From assembly GCA_003223515.1 (NCBI GenBank), contig QHVI01000026.1, forward strand, positions 18,345-82,344: a stretch of 64,000 bases of DNA. The letters run 5' to 3'. Below, one piece after another: positions 47,843 through 57,000 of this stretch. Under the pieces are notes generated by a model. It saw only the letters and a program-made list of their open reading frames with translations, had not been told where the DNA came from and made no database searches. Each line of letters starts with the position of its first letter. Position 1 is the stretch's first letter. The stretch comes from Candidatus Angelobacter sp. Gp1-AA117. Lineage in GTDB: Bacteria; Acidobacteriota; Terriglobia; Terriglobales; Acidobacteriaceae. The translations under genes were made by a program, and so were the position numbers.

Positions 47843-48106
47843 CTGTCTCCTTTTATCGCTCCGCCGGAAACCATAACTGGAAGATATTTTGCGGCGCAGT
47901 CTGGAAGAACCTCATCTCAGCCGTTTTATTGCCACAATGTTCCAGCAGCGGCTTTGCCCGTTGCACAAAATTCCTGATTTCTTCTGCGGCCTTCTGCTCA
48001 GATGCAAGGATTATAAAATCAGCCGGTGCCCGCATCACAGCTTTTTCTTCGTGATAGAGGCCCCGAACCTTGGAATTATGCAATTATTGATTCTCGATGA
48101 CCCTAT

Positions 48107-49072
48107 CTATGCTGGTGGTTCGTTCCATCCATCTCCCCATTCCACCCTCCGTGCCTCCCTGTACCGCTCCTTCTGTGACTTAGTTATTGTTCGACGTTCC
48201 AGTCCATGAGCCGTGCACAACAGCAGCTTCACATGCCCGCTGAGCTTTTGCGGATGCCTTACGATGCGCGCCCCCGGTGTGGGAAATTCCTCTCGGCTGC
48301 CGACTACGTAAGAAAACTTCTCATCTTCATATCCCAGCGCCCCGTCTTTGAGTTGCCGATGCAGAGATGTCCGCTCCACCCGCTGGGCAAAGTGGCACCA
48401 GTCTCCGGCAGCAGCCATAGGACATTGCAATGGATGGGGACAAGGTGCCAGCAGATGTGCCCCTGCTCCAATCAGCAGCGCCCGCGCAGCATGAATAAAG
48501 CCGAATCCGCGTACCGTACCCGGCTCAATGACTACCAGGAATTGCCGCGCAGCCGCCCACGCCTGCATCACCAGCTTCTCTGCCCCAGCCTGTGATAACT
48601 CGCCGAGAGTATAAGAAATCACCACCAGGTCGTGCAGCTCCGCAGGCACGCCGGAGCGAATGTCCTGCTGCAGCCAGCGCACATCAGGCACTGCTGTACC
48701 CAGGCGTTTGCTCACGTTGATAAGCGCAGCATCACTCTCAACCAGGGTAGCGTGTTGAATGGACGGGAAGACCTGTGCGGCAGCGTGAAGAGCGGTACCC
48801 GGTCCGGAACCGAGGTCAAGCACGCCGCTGATATTGACATCGGGCGCCAGCCTGCGGATTTCAGAGAAGACGTGCAGATTGGCGGAGAAGATCGCGGGAA
48901 CACGCACCGCCAGATACGCCGCCCGCTGCGCTTCAGTATGGATGACCGGGGAAGAGAATTGTCCGGCCTGGTAGCGCTCTGTGAGTTGTGCGGCTGCCTG
49001 TGCCAGGCGCGCTCTGTCTATTCTCTCAACTTCCTTCTGAATCGCGCTCTGTAACGCATCAGGCAGCCGCAT
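48107..49072 (-). CDS. Rsm22-like SAM-dependent methyltransferase
   Basis: MRLPDALQSAIQKEV... with SAM motif VLDLGSGPGT; overall COG5459/Rsm22-like layout. The ORF-track N-terminal extension to 49243 reads through a repeat element and is rejected. Confidence 0.7.
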   Translation of the reverse strand: MRLPDALQSAIQKEVERIDRARLAQAAAQLTERYQAGQFSSPVIHTEAQRAAYLAVRVPAIFSANLHVFSEIRRLAPDVNISGVLDLGSGPGTALHAAAQVFPSIQHATLVESDAALINVSKRLGTAVPDVRWLQQDIRSGVPAELHDLVVISYTLGELSQAGAEKLVMQAWAAARQFLVVIEPGTVRGFGFIHAARALLIGAGAHLLAPCPHPLQCPMAAAGDWCHFAQRVERTSLHRQLKDGALGYEDEKFSYVVGSREEFPTPGARIVRHPQKLSGHVKLLLCTAHGLERRTITKSQKERYREARRVEWGDGWNEPPA

Positions 49073-49100
49073 AACAATGGGTAAATTAAGAAACACTACA

Positions 49101-49290
49101 CTAGTGCTCTGACCGTGTGCTTTTTGGGACATAGCCAGCGAAGCTGGCGGCCTTCTTCTAGCCCACAGCGCAAGCTGTGGGTATAGAAATAGACAAGGAA
49201 CAGAGCTGGCGAAGCCAGCGCCATAGCTGTAATGCACCCTCATTTCATCGGAATGCCTCGATTCCTATTTCCATGCGGTCAGAGCACTAG
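49101..49290. repeat. ~190-nt multi-hairpin element closed by a perfect 15-bp long-range helix (MITE-like or structured RNA)
   Basis: CTAGTGCTCTGACCG (49101-49115) pairs with CGGTCAGAGCACTAG (49276-49290). Internal hairpins: GCCAGC-GAA-GCTGGC (49134-49148); CCCACAGC-GCAA-GCTGTGGG (49162-49181); GCTGGC-GAA-GCCAGC (49205-49219); GGAAT-GCCTCG-ATTCC (49250-49265). Confidence 0.65.
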
Positions 49291-49410
49291 CAGCTACGTG
49301 CGCAAGAATCGCAACAAACAAAGCCCTAAGCACGCCGAAACACATGCCACCATTCTAGCTACTTTACGTCCTTAGCGCCCGTTGCGGTGAAGCACCCACG
49401 AATACTGCAA

Positions 49411-49442
49411 GAAAAAAGAGCGCCGATAAACCCGGCGCTCTT
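49411..49442 (-). terminator. Rho-independent terminator of the porin-like gene
   Basis: Plus strand reads AAAAAA-AAGAGCGCCG-ATAAACC-CGGCGCTCTT. On the minus strand this is a 10-bp hairpin followed by UUUUUU. Confidence 0.8.
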
Positions 49443-49463
49443 CAGTTTCAAAACAGATTTAAG

Positions 49464-51083
49464 TTACGGCAGGATGTACTTCAAGCTGACATAACCCATG
49501 CCAAGGTGTGCATTCTTCGGCGCTCCAAGTGCTACAAACCACGGGGCGCGGCTGATGTACGAAGCCTGGGTTACCAGTTGCAGTTTGCCATACTGCGCGT
49601 TGCCCCACAGTGTCTGGATCCAGTTCACTGAAGGCTCATGCAGAATGCGGTTTGCTGTGTTGGGTGAGTTGGGCGCGCCAAAGCCTGCGAAACGTCCCGG
49701 AACCGGGTTGGTGAAATCCAGGAAGAAGTTCCGCTGGGCATAGACCACGCCATAGACTCCAGCGATCAGCGTGTTGGGTGAAAGCTGCCACTCAAAGCTG
49801 GCTGTGCCGCCCATGGAGTGCACCAGCGAGACCTTGCCGTCCGGATGGACGACCGCGTCAGGCGCCAGTCCAAACAGGTAACGGCCTCCGCCATCGCTCC
49901 AGAAGGTGTTCCCGAACAAACCGAACTTCTTGTTGAACACCGCGCTGGCATTGATCGATCCGCCGCCACCGGTCGCCGTGTTGGTTACAAAGTTGGGAGT
50001 TAGTCCAATCACCGCGTCTTTTTTGCTGGTGATCAGGCCGACGAATTCCAGGTGCAGATGGGTATTCCCCGGATTACCGTCAAAGGTGATCTTGGGAATG
50101 ATGTCAGGATGCAGGTTGGGAGTGCCGGCGTTATTGGCGGCATCAAACTGCGGTCCTAACTGCGCGTTGAAGAGGAACGGGAACACCGTTTCACCAATGC
50201 CTACATACTGCTGCGGGTTTTCGATGGCTACACCCAGGGCCACGTTATCGTTGACATGGTAAGCCACACGGATCTGGCTGGCGCGGCTGTAGGGCAGGCC
50301 GACATTGATGTTTGCATCTTCATTCTGGGTGACGAACAGATCAGCGGTTGCCGGGCCGATACCTATGCGGTTCGGCGTAAGCCAGCTCCACATCTGTCCA
50401 GCATCAAATTGCCAGTTGCCTTTTTTTACATCGAGCCAGTAGAGCCGCAAGCGGTTCGTATGGCCGTTCGCAGTTACGAACACATTGGCTGCGTCGTTTC
50501 CGTTGAAGTCCATTTCGGCATAACCGGTTACGTCCATGCTTTTGAACTTATCGGTCACCTTCATGCTCAGGCGCGAGAACTGCGCGCTCGAGCGGAACTC
50601 AGTGAGATGACCCTGTACCGTGTTGCTGAAAGGTATCTGGCCGAAGTTCGTGCCGATCACGTTGGTGGTGTTGGTGGAACGAAAGACGTTCTCAAAGTCC
50701 ACAAAGCCGCCCGGCGTAAACTCGGCGCCGCCGATACGGAATGACAACGGACTGGGTTTGCTGGCTTCGGGCTGCTCGCCGCCCTGCTGGGCCGCCCTGC
50801 TGGCGGGTGTAGTGGTGGTGTGCAAGGTAGCATCGAGCACGCGCGGCGCAACATCACTGCTCTTGGCAGCCACGGGGGTTGTGGTGGCCACCTGCTGGCG
50901 CAGTTTCTCGATTTCCTGCTGCTGTTGGGCGAGTTGTTTCTGCTGTTCGGCCAGAGCCTCACGCAGCTTCTTCAACTCATCGGCAACGCTGGAATTGTCG
51001 GTACTAGTGGCTGATGTGCTGCTTTGTCCCAATACCAGCGCTGATGTCAGGACAATGAAGCACAAACTCTTCAGAAATCTCAT
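49464..51083 (-). CDS. Outer-membrane beta-barrel (porin-like) protein with N-terminal coiled coil
   Basis: Signal peptide MRFLKSLCFIVLTSALVLGQ, coiled coil ELKKLREALAEQQKQLAQQQQEIEKLRQQ, then an alternating beta-strand pattern rich in G/N/F/Y. Start moved to the internal ATG 51083. Confidence 0.6.
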   Translation of the reverse strand: MRFLKSLCFIVLTSALVLGQSSTSATSTDNSSVADELKKLREALAEQQKQLAQQQQEIEKLRQQVATTTPVAAKSSDVAPRVLDATLHTTTTPASRAAQQGGEQPEASKPSPLSFRIGGAEFTPGGFVDFENVFRSTNTTNVIGTNFGQIPFSNTVQGHLTEFRSSAQFSRLSMKVTDKFKSMDVTGYAEMDFNGNDAANVFVTANGHTNRLRLYWLDVKKGNWQFDAGQMWSWLTPNRIGIGPATADLFVTQNEDANINVGLPYSRASQIRVAYHVNDNVALGVAIENPQQYVGIGETVFPFLFNAQLGPQFDAANNAGTPNLHPDIIPKITFDGNPGNTHLHLEFVGLITSKKDAVIGLTPNFVTNTATGGGGSINASAVFNKKFGLFGNTFWSDGGGRYLFGLAPDAVVHPDGKVSLVHSMGGTASFEWQLSPNTLIAGVYGVVYAQRNFFLDFTNPVPGRFAGFGAPNSPNTANRILHEPSVNWIQTLWGNAQYGKLQLVTQASYISRAPWFVALGAPKNAHLGMGYVSLKYILP

Positions 51084-51568
51084 CGAGGCCTCTCTTCTCT
51101 TCTGCACAAAATTAAATTTCCAAATACTTCAACATGTTGAGCATCACTCCCTTGCGGGGCCCGCAACTCTACTGCCGGGAACAAGGGGACGGAATATGCC
51201 ACGGCTTACACGGATAGTCTTACGGCTGCCCGTTAGTTTCAAGCCACTGAACAAAGAAAGTTACTCCCGGCATGATACGCAAAACCGGGCCAGGCATACA
51301 GAACTTTTTAACTTTGTTCCGGGTACCAAAATGGGTAAAGACGGACAGCTTCTCAGAGCGCCACTATTGGGCTATTTCTATGGATTTTTAGAGTTTTACC
51401 CGGTTCGGCTTGTATTTTGGCCTGTGAGACGCCCGTTCAGACTGGCAAATAGCGGGTGTGGTTTCCGCCAGTACCCAGGCGAATGTATAAATCTGATTAA
51501 AAACCCAACCGTAATTTCATACTTTTGCGGTCCCGCCACCCGCAAGAGTAACGGGACCGCCATTGGTT

Positions 51569-52552
51569 TTACCGTTGCGCCTGCTGTTGCGAGCCCGCTT
51601 CCGTAAAGGTGAAGGCGTTAGCGATGTTGGGCCAGGCTTTCCCGTCCACTTCTACATAAGGAAAAATGAAGTAGTTGAGGCGGTCGCCATGCTGCCGGGG
51701 GCTTAGCTCCAGGTCGCGTCCCAGCGTAAATTGCACGCGGTTCACGTCATGCGCGCCGAAGAAGTAATCTTTCTTCTCCTGGTGCTTCCAAGCCTCGGAG
51801 ATATCTACCGGAATCCAACCGCGCTGCTGTGTATAGAACTCCGCCCAGCAGTGATAACCGGGAATTTCGCCGGCATTCTTGTCTTCCGGCAGCGGGAAAC
51901 CGATCTCGAATTTCGCTGGAATGTGTTGCGATCGGGCCATGGAAATAAACACCGAATGGAAATCGGTGCAGTTGCCGCGTTTGGCGTCGCAGGCCCACAG
52001 CGTGTCTCCTTTGCCCCAGCCGGTGCCGCTCTTGTCATAGCGCATGGTCGCGAAGGTATAGTCGTAGAGAGCGCGTCCTCTATCCATATCAGACATGCCC
52101 GCTTTCACCTGTTCGGCCGCAATCTCTGCCGGCTTGCCCGTGACCGGCACCAGCTTGTCCGGAGCCAGGAACCTCTGCAGATCTTTTTGCGAAACATGTC
52201 CGGTAGCCGAGACGGCCGCCAGATGCTCGTAGCGCACCACGTCATATTTCACGCTGAAGTGGTACTCGGCCTTATCGGCCTTGTCTGTATGCGCGTAGAA
52301 CATGCGGTTTCCGTATTCGGATTCGCGAGTCTCCTGCAATGGCAGGTCGCCGGTCTTGGCGATCATCTTTACCTGCTGGTACTGGTCAGATTGTGCAATC
52401 GGAAACCATACCTGCAGAGGCTTGCCGGGATCAATATTGCGGACCGTGAAGTTGTAGTCAAAAACAAAGTGCCGCGACTTGGGCGCCTGCGCAAGTGAAG
52501 CAAGGGCAAATAACAGAAAAAAGAAGGAGAGAGCCTGACGTAGCGTTCTCAT
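51569..52552 (-). CDS. Transglutaminase-like domain protein (secreted)
   Basis: 327 aa. Signal peptide. Cys nucleophile motif GNCTDFHSVFISMARSQHIPA, then GYHCWAEFY and PVDISE (Cys-His-Asp pattern). Confidence 0.8.
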   Translation of the reverse strand: MRTLRQALSFFFLLFALASLAQAPKSRHFVFDYNFTVRNIDPGKPLQVWFPIAQSDQYQQVKMIAKTGDLPLQETRESEYGNRMFYAHTDKADKAEYHFSVKYDVVRYEHLAAVSATGHVSQKDLQRFLAPDKLVPVTGKPAEIAAEQVKAGMSDMDRGRALYDYTFATMRYDKSGTGWGKGDTLWACDAKRGNCTDFHSVFISMARSQHIPAKFEIGFPLPEDKNAGEIPGYHCWAEFYTQQRGWIPVDISEAWKHQEKKDYFFGAHDVNRVQFTLGRDLELSPRQHGDRLNYFIFPYVEVDGKAWPNIANAFTFTEAGSQQQAQR

Positions 52553-52794
52553 GGCGTATTCCTTTCGGCGTTAAATCAGATTGAATGGGTTAAAAGGGAA
52601 CGTCCGACCGGAGTTTAGGTCTCTCACCGTCAAGTGAAGCCCTGGAATACGCATGGCATAACTGGGGAGCATTGTAAAAGAGGTTCCTGTGACTAGCAAG
52701 CAAGCCCCAGTGAATTTTTCGAGGTAGCAACTTTGCTGCTCTCTGCTACATCCATTAAGATGGGTTTCTGGCCGAACCTTTTTCCGGAAAGATC

Positions 52795-53016
52795 ATGAGA
52801 CAGAATCCCATTCCCTGGCCTCCAAACCATCGCAGAAAAGAAGAGCCTGTTCACCGTCCCGCCAATACCGGCCTTTCAAGTGAGGACGGTGAAACCCAGG
52901 CCCAGGTGGATCGCTATCTCCACCTCGCCGATAACATGTTGTCTACCGACGAACCGGATAGCACCGAAGCTGACCGCGAACGCAAAGGCACCCGAGAGAA
53001 ATTGGTAAATGAGTAA
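52795..53016 (+). CDS. Hypothetical small acidic protein
   Basis: 73-aa ORF. Shares the ...DG...(V/I)xRYLxLA(D/E)...DEP motif with the hand-found ORF at 36517..36657. Confidence 0.3.
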   Translation: MRQNPIPWPPNHRRKEEPVHRPANTGLSSEDGETQAQVDRYLHLADNMLSTDEPDSTEADRERKGTREKLVNE

Positions 53017-53096
53017 TTTGGTAAGGTAAGTGGGTCAATGAAATGCTACGCAACCTGAAATTACCCATTTACCAGATTACCCATTTACCCAATCCC
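53002..53096. repeat. Inverted pair of TTACCCATTTACC-type word arrays
   Basis: TTGGTAAATGAGTAATTTGGTAAGGTAAGTGGGT (53002-53035) and AAATTACCCATTTACCAGATTACCCATTTACCCAATCCC (53058-53096) are imperfect reverse complements. Confidence 0.7.
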
Positions 53097-53246
53097 ATCG
53101 CGCAGTGAAAAACTGACACAATCTGTCTGCGTCCCCTTTGACACGCCCAGCCCGCAAATCCCTTAAAAATATTCAATTTTCGGTGGCCCCAGGATTGCAC
53201 CTGGATGGTCACGAAAGAAATCTTGCTTTACCGCGTGTGAACTGCT

Positions 53247-54070
53247 TTGATGGTTGCGCAAAATTCCGCACAACAAATGACAACAGCCAGAAAAAAGCTC
53301 TGGTGTGTCTGTGGTATCGGCGTTGTTCTGGCCACAGCCCTGAGCACCTTTGCCGGAAACCGCCACGCACAGCCCGGCATGGACGAAGCCGCCGGACCTG
53401 ACGGTATTCCTGGCTTTCTGCGTCTCGATTCAGCCGCCGATAAGGAAGCCTTCCGGCAATGGTTTGCCGTCATCGCCGAATATCAGGCCTTGCGGCCCAC
53501 GCGGGAACTGCCTGCCGAGGTCGGCGATTGTGCCGCGCTGCTGCGCTATGCCTATCGCAACGCCCTGCAGGCGCACACGGCAACGTGGCTGGCAGAAAAC
53601 AGCCTTGAAAGTCTGGCCTTCCTGCCCTCCGTCAGGAAATACAGCTATCCGCATACACCGCTGGGGGCAGCGCTCTTCCGCGTCCGTCCACCGGGCGAGG
53701 GTGGAGCCCTGCGCGCCTCATTCGCCGAATTTGCCGATGCGCACACCTTGCAGCAGTTCAATACCTTCTTTGTCTCCCGCGACGTGCGGCTGGCCCAGCC
53801 CGGCGACCTGCTGTTTTATCGGCAGTTGGAGCAAAATTCCCCGTATCACTCCGTAATCTTTGTGGGCACAGCCAGTTCATCAGAGGTGGGGCTGAAGATG
53901 GCAGCATCCTGGTGTACCACACCGGCCCCAGCGGCAAGTCTCCTGGAGAGATGCGCCGCGTAAGCCTGAGCCAGCTTTTGCAACATCCCTCCCCGCGTTG
54001 GAGACCCGTAGCCGGCAACAGCAATTTCCTGGGAGTTTACAGATGGAACATATTGAAAGACGCCAATTAG
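53247..54070 (+). pseudogene. DUF1175 (YfaT-like) protein gene with a 1-nt frameshift near 53864-53870
   Basis: Frame 0 reads ...FRQWFAVIAEYQALRP...[21 protein letters not shown] and then runs into a short unrelated tail. The +2 frame continues [67 protein letters not shown], ending at TAG 54068-54070. The shift maps to the GGG run in TTTGTGGGCACAGCC. Confidence 0.7.
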
Positions 54071-54072
54071 CC

Positions 54073-57000
54073 ATGCTCCATAAGTCCGATGTTTCTTCTA
54101 CTCAACCCGCTGATGGTGTCGCTGGTTTTCATTTACCCATTTACCAGATTACCAGCTTACCCATTTTGCGTGTATTGGTGCTGCTCGCGTTCTGCCTGCT
54201 TCCCACGTTGTCCCATGCCGCCGAACCCTACTTCTCGGTCAGCACCGACCGCACCTTCATGCCCGGCGAGAAGGCCACGGTTCATCTTTACACCCGCGAT
54301 ATTCAGGCGCTGGAGTTCCGTCTTTACCGCGTGAACGATCCCACACTTTTCTTTGAAAAGCTCGGAGACGTTCACGGATTCGGCCACACCTCTCCCAAGG
54401 AGCAGATTGACGAAAAAACCTGGATCGAGCGTTTCCACGACTGGAAGCATGGCATCTGGGTGGACATTCGCAACTTCTTTCGCAGCCAGTTTTCAGCGCA
54501 TTCACGCACACTCATTCGCGAATCGCAGGGTGAAGCCAGCAAGAGCCGGACTCCGGCGACCATGTTCGCGCAGATGCCGCTGCTCAACAGCAAGCAGCTT
54601 GTGGCCCGCTGGCGCCAGGATGTCCCTCCGCGCTTTTTCTCCGAGCGCCAGGATGTTCCCATCGAGAAGCTCGATAAAGGCGTGTATGTGATCGAAGCCA
54701 CTGACGGTCATCTGCGCGCCTATACCCTGCTTGTGGTCACTGAACTGGCGGTGGTGACCAAGAGCGCCCCCGGACAACTGCTGGCCTTCGCCGTCGACCG
54801 CAAAACCGGCGCTCCCATTGCGGATACGAAGATCAACCTGTGGGCCAGCAAGAAACAGCAGGGCTCGGCGCAGACCGATTCCCAGGGGCTGGCATTGCTG
54901 ACGGTCGCATCGGCGCGCTTTGACGACGTGCGCATCATCGGGATTCATGATAAGGATGTCGCGCTGGTCGCTCCTTATTACTTCAACATCAGCAGCAACC
55001 CCGGCGAAGACTGGGTAGGCTACATCTACACCGACCGTCCTGTATACCGGCCGGGGCATACCGTACATTTCAAAGGCATACTGCGCACCCGCAATGGCGA
55101 ACGCTATCGTGTACCCGCCGGACGGCAGGTGCAGGTCAAGATCGAAGATCCCACCAGCAAGCAGGTCTTTCAAACCAGTGTCTTCGTCTCACCCTTTGGC
55201 AGCATTCATGGCGACTTCACCGTGCCCCAGGATGCGGCTTTGGGCTATTACTCCATCTCCGTTACGTTAGCTGCAGATAAGGCGAGCCAGCCTGGAGGTG
55301 GTGGAGACGAGGAAGGGGGAGAAGGAGGCCGCGCCTACATAGGCGGTGGTTTCCACGTTGAGGAGTACAAAAAACCCGAGTACATCGTGACCGTCACCCC
55401 GGAAAAGCAACACTTGTTGCAGGGTGACGCCATCAACGCCACCATTGAAGCCAAGTACTACTTCGGCGAGCCGGTCGCCAATGCCGAGGTGAAGTACGTC
55501 GTCCATCGCTCCACCGAGTGGTCATACCTGTTTGGCGATCAAGACCAGTCTGATTTTGGCGAGGGAGATGAAGGTGGCGAAGGCGGCCAATATGATGACA
55601 ATGACTATCAGGGCGAGCAGTTGTCGGAAAAATCCGGCAAGCTCGATGCCGGCGGCAAGCTGCGCATCTCCGTCCCCACCACGCTGAACGAGCGCAAGCG
55701 CGACACCCGCTATCGCATTGAGGCCCGCATTACCGATGAGAGCCGCCGCGAGATCAGCGGCCACAACGCTGTGATCGCCACCTATGGCAGCTTCCAGATC
55801 GGAGTGGAGGCCGACAAATATCTTTATAACCCCGGCGAGGCAATCAATCTCATCGCGCTGGCCAAAGATTATGATGGCAATCCCGTCCAGACCACGATTC
55901 ACGCCGAGCTGCTTGCCTACGATTACAGCTCAAGGTCAGGCAAGACTCTGGATTCCTCTGACGGTCCCACCGGAAAAGATGGCACGGCCCATCTCAAGCT
56001 TACTGCCAGAGAAAAAGCCAATGAGATACGCATCATCGCGCGGACTCCCGAGGGCCGGGAAGTGGAGAGCGACACCTGGTTGTGGGTGACCTCCCGCGAC
56101 TATGGTTGGGGGCGTGAGCGGCAGCAGGTACAGATCATCCCCGATAAGAAGTCTTATAAGCCCGGAGATACCGCTCATCTGCTGGTGATGACCAATGACG
56201 TTCCACAAACTCATCTGCTGGTCACCACCGAAGGACGCACCATCCGCAGCCGCCAGGTACTCAAGTCGACTGGCTCCTCGACGACTGTTTCCATTCCCAT
56301 CACCAGCGAGGACGAACCCAACGTCAATGTCTCGGTGGCCTTCGTCTACAAAGACACCTTGTACAACGGCGCCAAGAGCCTGAAGGTCCCTGCCGACGAG
56401 CAGAAGCTGAACATTACAGTCGAGCCTTCACAACCTCAATTCAAGCCCGGCGAACCGGCGGTCTACAACATCGTTGCGCGTGATGCTGGCGGCCAACCCG
56501 TCGTAGGTGAATTCAGCCTGGGAGTGGTGGACGAATCCATCTATGCCATACAACCGGATTCCGCCGGAGACCCGCACCAATTCTTCTATGGTACGGTCTA
56601 TAGCCGCGTGAATACCCAGTCATCCTTCAGCTTCTACTTCACCGGCGAAGCCGGGACTAAGCCAATGATCCTGGCCGGAGGCGCAGGCGGCTTTGGCGAT
56701 GGCGCAACACGAGGACGCCTGGCCCAGCTCAAGCCCTCCGAACCTCTGGTGCAGCCAAAAGTCCGCAAGGTGTTTCCTGATACGGCGTTGTGGCTGGCCG
56801 ATATCAGGACCGACCAGAATGGCCATGCCCAGGCACAGCTCACCTTCCCTGATTCGCTGACCACATGGCGGGCCACGGTTCGCGGCGCCACCATGGATAC
56901 CAGGGTCGGCAGTGCCCTGAATCGCGTGATCGTCCGCAAGAACCTGATGGTGCGCCTGGCCGTACCGCGATTCTTCCGCCAGGGCGATGACGTGACCATC

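Noticed and set aside
47853-48083. 76-aa minus-strand ORF between the Rsm22-like gene and the 188-aa secreted protein gene.
   Set aside because: It has no recognisable family and no clear SD. It may be real, since it fills a 260-nt same-strand gap, but I cannot support it from sequence alone.
49073-49243. N-terminal 57-aa extension of the Rsm22-like methyltransferase in the ORF track.
   Set aside because: The extension is encoded entirely by the multi-hairpin repeat element. The family-like sequence begins at MRLPDALQ (ATG 49072).
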